This document shows positions 52,801 through 64,000 of a stretch of DNA of 64,000 nucleotides, piece after piece. Under the pieces are notes generated by a model. The model ran no database searches. It saw only the letters and a list, made by a program, of their open reading frames with translations, and had not been told where the DNA came from. Source of the DNA: Paragordius varius (taxonomy: Eukaryota; Animalia; Nematomorpha); contig OZ176050.1 in the NCBI GenBank assembly GCA_964247055.1, positions 5,084,001-5,148,000 on the forward strand. Direction: 5' to 3'. Both the position numbers and the translations under genes were made by a program. Position 1 is the first letter of the stretch, and each line of letters starts with the position of its first letter.

Positions 52801-55050
52801 GCGGTTTTTCGATATAAATCGCTCATTAATATGATGCCATTATATCTAAACATTTTTTATGTTTCTGTGTTTCCATATGCTTTGAATATCATGCTTGCCG
52901 CCATATGCTAGGGTGAATTCACCCTCGCATATAATACATTTAACAGATGATTCATTCTTTGTTTTTTGATAAAAGGAAAATTTTTTATTAATTCCTCGTT
53001 GAATTAACCTCTTTTTGTGCTCATATTTATAAACTACTATTAGTATAAATATTATATTACCTTAATTTTCTGGAACAAACGTGTAAGGTACCGATTTGTG
53101 GTATCAATTTGTCTTATAAGCCACCGATATGTGGTATTAATTTGGTTTTTAATAATGTTGGCAAGTAATAAAACAAAAAATTAGTATAATAAATATTACC
53201 TTAAATTTTTGGAATAAACGTGTAAGGTATAGATTTGTGGTATAAATTTGTCTTTTAATCTAGAGATTTGTGGTATTAGGAAGGAAAGTGTATAATCACA
53301 TGATATAAATTCGAAAAAATAATATTTTTAATTTAAAAATAAAAAATTTAATTTAAAATTTATATATATTTTAAAGATATTTAATGATAAAAAATTTATT
53401 TGTATTAAAAAAAAATCTATTTTTATAATCGTGAAAAAGCGGGACATTTAAAAAACGTAGGGGAAGCGGGACAAAGTGTGAAAAAGCGGGACTGTCCCGC
53501 CAAAAGCGGGACGTCTGGTCACCTTATATATGCCTTATATATCCACATAATGTGTGAAAAATCCCATTTACAAAAAGAACCTTTAACTGTTTTTACATTT
53601 GTTTAATAATTTAAAATGTTTAACAGATAATATACGCATTTTTTATCATACAGATTGGCGGCCATTAAATTTTTAAATTCTTTATAAAAAATTAAATAAT
53701 CCATTTACTACTAATATTAAAAAATAATTAATGTTGGGCAAAAACAAAAATTTGTGAAGCAAATCTTTACAAAAAATCCAAGTTAACTTATCTAATTTCC
53801 ATAAAATCATTAAAATGTGTTGTCTAACTTATATACTTAGGAATATTATTCAAAAAAATACTTTCAAAAGATACGAAGTTTAAAAACCTATTCTCAAACC
53901 TTTTGCCACCAAATATTTTCATAGGTGCTTTCGTGCAACCGCAATTAAAATCTAATAAATCTAACTAAAATAAATTTGTTGAATTAAATGGCTTTTTTAT
54001 AATTTTTTTAAATCTAAGGGCCATGTTAGGAGTATTGAGCCAAGCATTTCGGTTAATGAGCCGACTTTATTGGGTTGAATGGCTAAAATGTCTTGTGACT
54101 TAAAAGTTGAAATGGAAAATGCTAAGCCACCATTCTTGTGAATCAATAAAATTTTAAAACCATATATCTCAAAAAAGGGCATAAATATGGGAGCCACTTA
54201 AATTGTATTATTCACATGGCCCTAAGACTTCCAATATAGTTCACGAAAAAGGGTCAAACTAAAAATGTAGAGGGTTGAATAAATTTAAAATCTAAATAAT
54301 TAGGTCGAATTCCTAATCATCAGTAAAAAATAATTAAAAAATAATTAAAAAATTAATTTTTTAAGTAATTATATGGACAATTTTGAATGAAAATGTATAT
54401 ATTCAATGTGTTTTTTACATCGGCAATTTTTTTTAGTTTCAAAAATTACAAATTAATGTTCGGATATCCGGGGGCTCATGATGGTTGGTATCCGCCACCA
54501 GAATCAAAATACAAAAATCAACAATACTACAGACAGCTTCCCGATTATCCTCAAATATTGTATTATAATGTAAAAGGTAAAAGTACAATAAAATTTGTTT
54601 TATAGACATTTTTGTATCATTGATCTAAATCATTATTTTAGTTAGGTTAAGATTATTTTAAATATATTTAACCAAAAATAAAAAATCATTATCCATTTAT
54701 ATACAATCAGACATTTTCGCTTACACTGAGATAATATACACATAAATAATACTAATCAATCCCAAAATTTAAATATAATTTAAGACACCTTAATTACTTA
54801 TTATATGGTCAATCACAAATAATTTTCTTATTGATGGAAATTTATAAATTGACAATTCTTTGATATAATAGATGATCCGTGCGAAAAAAAACCATTAAAA
54901 TTTGGTGACAAAAGAAGTCTTGTAATGATTGATAAACTATTCAAAGCTATGAAACACTACAAGAAGCCAGATATTTTGGATTTAAACCCCAAGGGTGATC
55001 CTAAATTTTTTAATAATTTTTATTCAACCGGATGGTGTGATATTAGTTAG
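45248..55050 (+). CDS. ARSB: Arylsulfatase B-like sulfatase (secreted or lysosomal)
   Basis: About 13 exons starting at 45248, ~45771, ~46021, ~46632, ~46859, ~47861, ~48384, ~48757, ~48892, ~49942, ~50646, ~54438 and ~54871. Hydrophobic leader, then [19 protein letters not shown], the formylglycine motif CTPSR..MTG (split by an intron), [69 protein letters not shown]. Confidence 0.95.
46803..46852. repeat. (AT)n microsatellite
   Basis: About 24 perfect AT units ending a few nt before the splice acceptor at 46858. Shorter arrays lie at ~2067, ~45098 and ~49893. Confidence 0.95.
50856..53526 (-). mobile_element. Defective, chimeric hAT DNA transposon (Tip100-like termini) in an ARSB intron
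   Basis: TIRs TAAGGTGACCAGA at both ends, an exact 8-bp TSD tatatgcc (50848-50855 and 53527-53534), and subterminal aaaagcgggac repeats. Frameshifted transposase on -: BED-like [52 protein letters not shown], then coding-like sequence down to ~51615. Confidence 0.92.
51381..51613 (-). mobile_element. RTE-LINE 3' end with (TAA)n tail nested in the hAT element
   Basis: [47 protein letters not shown], followed by a (TAA)n tail (attattatt.. on + at 51381-51398). Confidence 0.85.
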
Positions 55051-56053
55051 CAAAAAATTATGTGTTAAATATTACATTTCTTAATTCAATTCCATATTTA
55101 TATCCAATTTTGTACGAGTTAACTTAATTCCCATAATAAATTATTTTATGTAAAAAAAATTCAATAAAATTACGGAATATGTGTATTTTAATATAAAATG
55201 ATCCTTTGATTTAATAATTGTTTTAAATAATAACAAAGAAAGGAGATTTCGTGGTTAATGTTGGTTTTGTCATAAATACTTTGGTAAAGATGAACTTAAG
55301 CTCAAACTTCATTGATTTAACTAGGAGTTTAAAGCAACTAGAAATTAATTTCAATAAATGATATTTAACATTTCAGATAAGGCTATGAAATGGGTAATGC
55401 CAAATTACTAAATTATACATAAAAAGAAAACTTCTGATCCATCTATGCATATATTGCATCACCCAAAAACTTAACAAAATAGCATGGATTTGCATATTAA
55501 AAATGAAGTTAAAAAAAATATTGTTGATAACTATAATGACATATGAAAATAAAAGGTTTAAACCGTATCTTAAAACTATTTAAAACAACTTTTATGCCAC
55601 AGACTCAATAAACGAAAAAAAAATGTTACGAGATATGCAGAAGGATTAAGGATATCAAACTGGAAAATATTATAAATGCAAAATTACCGAGCGGATTTTA
55701 AAGGTTACAAATAACGGTATCCATATAAACTATCGCTTCCGAAAATAAGCGTCCAAAAATTTGAATAGTAAATATCAATATTTAAAAGACATATATTAAA
55801 TTGATTTAGAGTAAGTTGTTCAAAACATATAAGATATATCTATAATGATGAGTGCATACACAAGATTATAATATTACAATCATATCATTATAATACCATT
55901 CAAAATTAATTAGAGTATGTATGTATGCATATTATTAATCCAACTATTATTTTTGCTTCTGTCAATTCATCTTTAGTGTTACTGTGTGGAATGAAATGCA
56001 AGAACCGATAAAAATTTGCTAAGGATTTTAAGTTTTGATAGATTCTTAAAATA

Positions 56054-59000
56054 TTATTCATTATATTCCCATAAATCTTTTTCGTAGCCTTCATGAACGT
56101 GTTCAAGCAAAACTTTACGGCGACTTTCACAATATCTAAAATCAGGAAAAATATTGTAATAATAAACTAATTTTAACCATTGAGGCAGTTTATTTATAAA
56201 ATGTTAACATATTATATGTATAAAATAAATTTGTTTAAAAAACAAAAATTGAAAAAATGGCTTTTCCAATACCAAACGACATCCACAATCAATAAAAAAT
56301 TTGTATAAACTGTTAGTCGTGGCTACAAAACCATTAATGTTTAGTATACACTACAGATTCTGTGTCAGGGTTTATAAACTTAAATAAAAATTGCTAAGTA
56401 TAGCCAGAGTTTCAGATTCAGTTTAACTTTGTTAAAAATTATTTTGGGGTGTTTTGTATCACCTACATACCTACCAAAATGTAAAATTTTATTATATGGC
56501 AAATTCAATATGCGATCATCCAATTATATAGTTATGCCGTAATTATAAGCGCTCTAAGCATGAAACTACTCTGTAATTAACAAAGGTTTCATACATCACA
56601 AATTTTCACTATTTCTTTCGGTAATACAAGGTAATTTTTGGTTTTATTATTTTAAAAATGTATTTTATTATTTATATTAAAAAGATATGTCTATTTTATC
56701 CAAAAACATCAATAAAAATTTGAAGATGGTTCTATGCTAATTACTAGAAAGTTTATTATTTTAGTAACAAATCTATGCAAACCGATATTTATCTTGGACT
56801 TTTTGTTTAATTTCTGCTTGGTCTTCTTGTGTTATATTTCGTTCTAGATATTCTGATAATTTTTCTGTTGCGCCCTCAAGATCTTTTTGATTTTCCTATG
56901 AAATATCACAGTTTTAAAAATTAGCGTCATTTAAGTATTTCTATATATATTAAAATTATAAGCACAATATAAAAGTAAGTTGTGGGGAAGATGTTATATT
57001 ATTAAAATGGCGAATTTGAGTGTAAGATCATACATAATTTCCGTAAATTATTTACCTGCTATTTTGGTATCACTTAAGAAAGTAGAAAATATTGTAAAAA
57101 TTTACTCTAAGAATAATAGATTAGTTAAACAACAATCAAAAAAGAAAAACTTAGAATTCTAGTTTACAATTTCCAAATCTGATCACATAATTAAGCATCA
57201 TTAATAAAATAATTAATCAGGCATACTTCAAAAATAAGGGCTTGGTTATCGCGTTTAAGGTAATAGGCAAATACATAAGTGTACATTAGCGTTTGTCGAC
57301 ATTGACAAAGGACATCCACAGCCTTGCGTAGAAATTGTACTTCAATCCAGGAAGCATTAAGGGCTTGTTGCATTTCTTCCATTTTGCCTTGAATGGCACT
57401 GTATAACTAAAATCGCAAAATTATATAAAAAATCTTTTAAAATTCGAAAAAAAACTAATTTTTTTAAAAATATAAGCGCGAAATTTGATTAAATATAATT
57501 TTGATTACAAATATCTCTGTATCATGTCTTACCTTGTGTTCGAATTTAAGACTCTGCATGTGATTCATATAACGATTGCAGTAAAATAAATAACGTTGTA
57601 AAGCGGCGCGTGATCGCTAAACACAAATAAAATAGCTAACATAAGATATTTTTGAATATGGACAAAGGTTAAATTGATAGTTTAATACATTTAAGTGTGA
57701 GATTCAAATTGATAAAGAAGCAATTATATACAATAAATGTGGTGATTCGTAAATTAATTTATATGTAAACAAATTACATTCATCTAAATTAATGAAAAAA
57801 AAGAGTTTATCATTTCTTAAAATAGATAAAAGGCATAAAAATCAGTCATTGTAACAAACAATTTTTCGCAAAAACAACGAGACACACACCATTTTTAAGG
57901 AAAAACCTGAAAAAAACTGAGTTACTACCGGACGATTCCTGTCCTGTCATAACCCCTAGTTAAAATTAATCAGAAAACAAAAACAATTTTTGCAAAAATG
58001 CTTGAAAAATCGGTAATTTATCAATGAGAGAGTGAATTTTACTTCCTGGCAATCTCTGGCTCGTTTAGCGTCATCCTCATCGTATCGATTGCAAGCATAC
58101 CAAGAGGACCCATGAGGTTCCCAAGGCCCAAGGCAAACCCAACAGAAATCGGCTTTACAGCTTTTGTTTCGACACACCATGTGATTACATCCACCATCTT
58201 TTTCAATCGTAACATTACATTTCGGACATTCCTTATTTATTTATACACAATTTAGGATGACTTATTACATTTATATAGTATATGAGAGTGTGCAAAAAAA
58301 TTAATCTTATAGGTCGTGGCACGCAATGATTTATCATTTTAAATTTCGTGCCAAAGAGTAATGTGGTTTTTGCCAAATAATGCAGGTTTAAGGCAGTATA
58401 TTTAAACCTTTCAAAAACATATTTTATGGAAATTTTAAATTCATGGAAAATAGAATGTATTTAATATATCCTAATGAAAACAAAAAAATAAATCACAATA
58501 GGCATAATTGATTATGATAATAATAATATAAGCAAACAAAAAAAACAATTTTTATTTAATAATAACACAAAATTTAATAAATATTAATTAATATTTGAGC
58601 ATCAATTAATTTAATTATATCTTTAAATCATCAATTATATGGTTAAGCCATAGTGAGTTAAAAAATAATTTTTTAGTTTACCACCACAAAATTTAATCTT
58701 TCAAAAAAATTTAAATTATTAAGATGATAGATTAGAGTATTTTTATTATAAATTTATAACAACTATTAATGTAACTATTAACTTGTTTTTGATAAATAAT
58801 TGACCTAAAAACAAAACTGTAAGAGACAAACTTTAGTATTAGCAGCAATCCAATTGGATGTTTCGCTGTCATCATCACACTTTTTAATCCATTTTTTGAG
58901 CCAATTACAGCGTACTGGATCGTGCCAATTTTCACCGCAATTAAAACTACATTTCATAAAATAATAAATAAAGCAATTTGGTAAATTAAAGGAATTAAAT

Positions 59001-62000
59001 ATGCTTATATAATATATTTGGCATTTTATTACTTTGAAATTACTCCTGTCCGCCCAGAATCTATATTTCTAATAGACTTGGTATTTAATTAGCTCTTAAC
59101 TTGATACATTATTATATTATCTAGTCAGGCATGGATTGAATATTTATACATACTCACGTTTCGATATTATTCAAAACAAAATATATTTTTCCTTGTATAT
59201 CATTGCAATTATTGGGAAAAAAAGTTTTTGTTTATAAAGTAATATTTTACCAAAAAACATGTCCACAATGACATTTAACAGGCCTCGTGTCAATGTATTG
59301 CACCCTAATAGCATATTGACAATCTGGCCATGGACACCATCTCATTAATCTATTGCACTACATAAGACACAAAGGTGAAAATATAATCGAAAAAATGGAT
59401 GAAAATATATATTAAAAGATAAAATCCAATATAATTATCACACAGATGATATTTATACAATAACCTTTTTGATAAAAAACACAACATTTATAAATAAATT
59501 AACTCAGTTTGAAAGATCAACCGCGAGAAGTTGATTTGATGTATTTTAAACCATTATAAGGAACCAAAAACAATAAATAAATAAAAATATTTATACATTT
59601 TTAAATTTATATGGGATGAACTTAAATTAATAATATAATAGTTTTAAGAAAAAAGTCCATCAACGGTTATAAAGTGGATGTTTATAGGAATACACTGGTA
59701 AAGGTAAATAAAAAATTCTAAAGACAGAACGTAAAGACAAAAAGACATTATTTTTTAGCCATCTTTTTTAAAACCCAGATTATTTCTGCATAATAATAAT
59801 TAAATTTGTGAGATATAATATCAGGTATATTACCAATTTACATCGCTCTTCCCTATTTTGTAAAGCAAAAAGACAAATATTTAAAAATCAAGGTTTATAA
59901 ATAAGGTTGAATTTTTAAAAATATTAATAATTCAATATTTACTGTAAAAGTAAAATTAAAAAAGTTTACCTCCACAAAACTGTTAGTAATGAGATGCTGA
60001 TATTTGTATCGAACTTGAGGATTTTTGACCAAGTGCCTTTATAATAATTATAATCAAAATATCTAATACAATAAACAACCATATTACTGGTTATATAGGT
60101 CTTTTAAATATGGATAAATAATTATATATGTGTATAAGAAACTATGTTTTCTTTGCTAAAATTTGAAGACCCATAAAACCAATAATATGATACTGTTTAC
60201 TATAAGCAAAATAATAATACTTTATTATCAGTTTTCATTATTAATATTTTGTTGTAATTACAATTTATTGCATAATAAAATATATTACATGACAGTTCCG
60301 TCATCCACGAGGGTATCACATTTGTGAGCTGCACAGGATATGGTCTAAAAATATTATATAACGCAAAATTATTGAATAAAAATAAAAATTAATATGAATG
60401 TCTATTACAATAAAAATGAACTAATAATTAAATAGTAAATGCAAAAAAGGCATGCATGAGAAAACATTAAAACACAAATAAATTGATTCATCAAAATTTG
60501 ATATTTTTATTTGTTCTCATAATTTGATGCAAACTAAAAAATATATGGGTAAAAATTATTACCAGGCCCATCCCTTCATGCACAATTTTGGTAGATAGGT
60601 ATTCTGACCAACACGAAATGCAAAACTTATGACCACAGTCCAATCCTGTCATTTGCTATACATATATATTATATTAGAAAAAATATAAAAATAAAGTATT
60701 TAAAAATATCTTTACTGAGTAAAATATATTAATAAAAAAATGTTTTGCCTATGAAAAGAATCGTCATGTTTTTTGTAAATCATATTATAGTTTTATAAAA
60801 GCTCAAATCCCCACATCGATATGCAAATAAACAAATTGTTATCAACAAATTTTGAATTTTGCTAGGAGTTTTAACTATAAATTACTGTTTCGTGTTGATA
60901 ATGTATGAATAAATCAATTTATGCGATAATTGATCATAATATTAATATATGATATCCTTGTTTGATATATTGTGGGGTAAAATTACAGAAATAAATAACA
61001 AATAATCAAAAGCATCAATGTAACAATGGTAAATAACTCCAAAAAGTGGTAATCTCAAGAATGTTTTTTCTATATTTTCAAAAAATAAATAAAAAATGAG
61101 TATTGTAAAAAAGTTTAGACCAGTTATACTCAAACCGCGCCTGAATAATATTTTTTGATGTCATATAAATATTAATACAAAATTGAGTTCGATCGATATT
61201 TATTTATTTTTGAGTATTTAAAAAGTTCCGTTTGATTCGGTATTTCCAATTAAGAATTTTATTTTATAAAAAGAATTTCCCCTTTTTCACTGAAGCTCTT
61301 GATTAGGTTTTGATCATACGCATCTTATTAAAGAATTCATCGATCATAATGATTCCAGTTTAGGCGAGAATTTTAATGGAAATCGCAAAAAATATTAGAT
61401 ATTTGGCAAAATATGCCAAAAAATACTGTAATATAAAATAGCCTGAAATTTCACTTATTGTTTTGTCTCAACTTACTTTGAGGCGGCATGTCAATAAAAT
61501 ATGTTAAAGGACATAAACAAGTGACGTTCGATTAATCTATTATGATAATTAGATAATCGAAAAAATAATGATTATAATAGCTCTAATCAGTAGAAGTTAA
61601 TATAAAATCATGTGTTTAAACCACAAAAAATTTGGTATACTGATTTATTTTATAAGCATCTGGATATGAAGCTCTGCAATGTTTGTCGATATTATAATCA
61701 TTTTAGTCAAAATTTGGTCAGTACCACTGGTTTAAACCGTTATTAATTACTGCTAAAAATAAATAATTAGTTTTAGATGGCTCCCATAATGTAATTTTTG
61801 CACGGTAATTTGTGATAAAAAATAGGAAAAATATCTGTTGTTTGAAAATCATCATTGGTAAATTTATATGATATATTACAAATTTGAATAATTTTAAATG
61901 TGTTATTTATTAACATAAAAAACATTACAAAAAAACTCATGTAATTATCGGCCATCATAAAAAATTTACTGGAAACAATTGAAATATAAGAATTACAATG

Positions 62001-62622
62001 TTTAAAATCTTCAAATGACCTTTCAACTTTAATAATGTATTCGTTTAAAAATACGTAGAAAGATGAAACAATTAAAACCTTTTTTGGGATTGATAATAAA
62101 CAAATCTCACAAAATGCACTTTGCGGCTCATAGGGTTGATTGGAATATTGGGTTTTAATTGCATATTTCTAAAAGAATGTTATGGATATTTAATGTAGGT
62201 AATGGTACATAAAACTCTAACTTACATTTTTATGCTGATTTGGATTAGATATATGCGCCTCTAAGAACAATTTATCTGGATTACCATCATAATACCTATA
62301 AAATTATATGATATATAAGGTAAACCTTTCCAATAACTTTTCTTTATCCCATTTAAAGTGATGTAAAAGTAAGCGTGTAACTGTTGGAGGTAACTTAAAT
62401 TAATTAAAAAACAACCTGGAAGACAGTATTTACATCTTTTATGATCTCTACCATATATTGTACTACTCGGTCTGGACTTAATACCTCATATGAAAAATCA
62501 TCTTCATAAAGATTTGTTAGTAAATTAGCCGGTTTAGTTTGGTGTATGGCTTCCATTGGAATGTCAAGGGCTTCCTCCTCCGATAGCCCATCTTCCGATT
62601 CATACATATCGTCAATATTCAT
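56054..62622 (-). CDS. ARIH1: Ariadne-1 RBR E3 ubiquitin ligase
   Basis: Fourteen exons: 62416-62622, 62326-62393, 62226-62295, 62079-62168, ~60563-60655, ~60288-60345, ~59970-60037, ~59261-59367, ~58831-58947, ~58044-58232, ~57533-57617, ~57227-57406, ~56783-56895, 56054-~56136. Acidic N-terminus, [16 protein letters not shown]1 ([14 protein letters not shown]), IBR (WCPWPDC), RING2 [19 protein letters not shown], Ariadne domain, [10 protein letters not shown]. Confidence 0.97.
61121..61729. mobile_element. hAT/Charlie-like non-autonomous element in an ARIH1 intron
   Basis: Ends cagttatactc / gtaccactg; flanks gtttagac / gtttaaac match at 7/8. Confidence 0.45.
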
Positions 62623-63269
62623 TACTTTAACCACATATAATAGACAAATAAGAAAACATTGATGGTATATATAAGGGGTGAAAGAGCATACACACACACT
62701 TTGGTGTGTATTTTATAACTAAAATACTCAATATTGGCATTTTAGGCTTACAAAATTTAATAAGCAGTTAATAAGTTAACGGAAACTGTAAAATATAGTT
62801 AATTTGGGAGATATGCCAACCTACAAAAATTATTTTAAACTATAATTTATAATTTTGATAGTTTTGCAAATAAAAATTTTAAACGGATAAAATTATTAAA
62901 AAAAATTTTTCCCAAAAGATAAATTCCGTTATTTCAACACAAAATAGGGGTGATAAAAAATATATCTTGATGGTTAAATATATAATTTTTATGGTAATTT
63001 TGGTTTTGGGTTTAGGTTCATTTTGCTTTTTGTTTTCTATATTTAAAAAACGAAAAACAAACAGTGATAGTAAATTAAATTAATAGTGCATAATTCATTC
63101 CAAAAATATACAAGATATATATAAATTAAAAAGCAACCGATAATTACTCTTAATAATTTCCAATAAATAGAGATAATTAAGAAATAATAAAAAACATATT
63201 TAATAAAAAGAATATCTTTTATTTTTTTACCGATAGGCTCAAATATTGTTTACTCGAAATTGACCATAT

Positions 63270-64000
63270 TTAACACTTGGATACAAGACATCCATTTCAG
63301 TCCTTTGATTAACACTTGGATACAACACATTCATTTTAGTCCTTCAATTCAAATTGGGGTAGTTGGATACCCAGGCCTGTTAAAAAATAAATAATTTAAA
63401 AATTATGGAAGCAATCGAAACCATGGCAAAATTTTGAACTTAATTAATAAACCGGAATATATAAAAAACTTTATTCAAAAATATTTGATATTACTTATTT
63501 TGAGCTAAAACTTAAAGATAAAAATTTAGTCAACGTGACATGTGTCAAATTGTAAAATAATAATACAACTTTTTCTATTATCAATGTTAGATGTAATTTA
63601 TATAAAAAATAAGCCCTTAAAATTAAATGAAGACGATATTTTGCAAAATTTTTGTAAAATAAAAATGGCGTCAAGTAGTTTGACGTGGAACTTTTTTTTC
63701 AAAACAAAATTTTATCAAGATATTTTGGCATATTTATATAATATTTATCAGGATAGAAGCATAAATTTAAATTGAGATCGTTTCCTTCAGTAGTTTTTAA
63801 AAAAAATTAAATTAAATTTAGTCTGGGGTATTTAGATACCCCAATTTGAATCGAAGTGTTAAATTAAGACCGTTTCCTTCAGTAGTTTGTTTAAAATTTT
63901 AAATTTAATTTGGTCTGGGGTATTTAGATACCCCTTATATCGAAGTGTTAAAATTAGGGTAGTTGGATATTTAACACTTCGATTCAAATTGGGGTATCTA
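63270..64000. repeat. Modular tandem and inverted repeat (runs off the window end)
   Basis: Two 39-bp units at 63270 and 63309, and two ~90-bp units at ~63779 and ~63871. Each ~90-bp unit holds the hairpin ggggtat-ttag-atacccc. 63971-64000 is the reverse complement of 63834-63863, and ttcaaattggggta at 63348 is inverted to 63837. Confidence 0.8.

Noticed and set aside
53048-53280. Direct repeat of ~90 bp inside the hAT 5' region as a separate element
   Set aside because: It lies within the TIR-bounded element and has no termini of its own, so it is treated as an internal duplication.

Overview
This is a very AT-rich eukaryotic (animal-type) genomic window using the standard genetic code, with no prokaryotic features. 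Splicing exons by hand against known protein families gives eight genes: HPD (+, 5' end outside the window), ERV1/GFER (+), SFT2-like (-), a ~1,500-aa type I membrane protein with 9 TSP1 repeats, 2 laminin-G domains and 1 Ig domain (+), an intronless EGR zinc-finger gene (+), ATG16L1 (+), an ARSB-like sulfatase (+) and ariadne/ARIH1 (-). A further unassigned minus-strand gene lies at ~32.4-41.3 kb and is only partly resolved. The most striking property is at least 14 GT-AG introns of only 21-30 nt, coexisting with kilobase introns full of transposon debris. Gene pairs are extremely tight: stop codons 16 and 28 nt apart, and start codons 36 nt apart. Mobile elements include a Penelope-like retroelement with a ~750-bp inverted arm, two hammerhead-ribozyme-like motifs and a candidate 12-bp TSD. 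There are also a chimeric hAT element with a perfect 8-bp TSD, three RTE-LINE relics, an inverted pair of Gag-like relics, a tRNA-derived SINE and several MITEs. All gene models are manual, and coordinates marked ~ are approximate. No database search was run.
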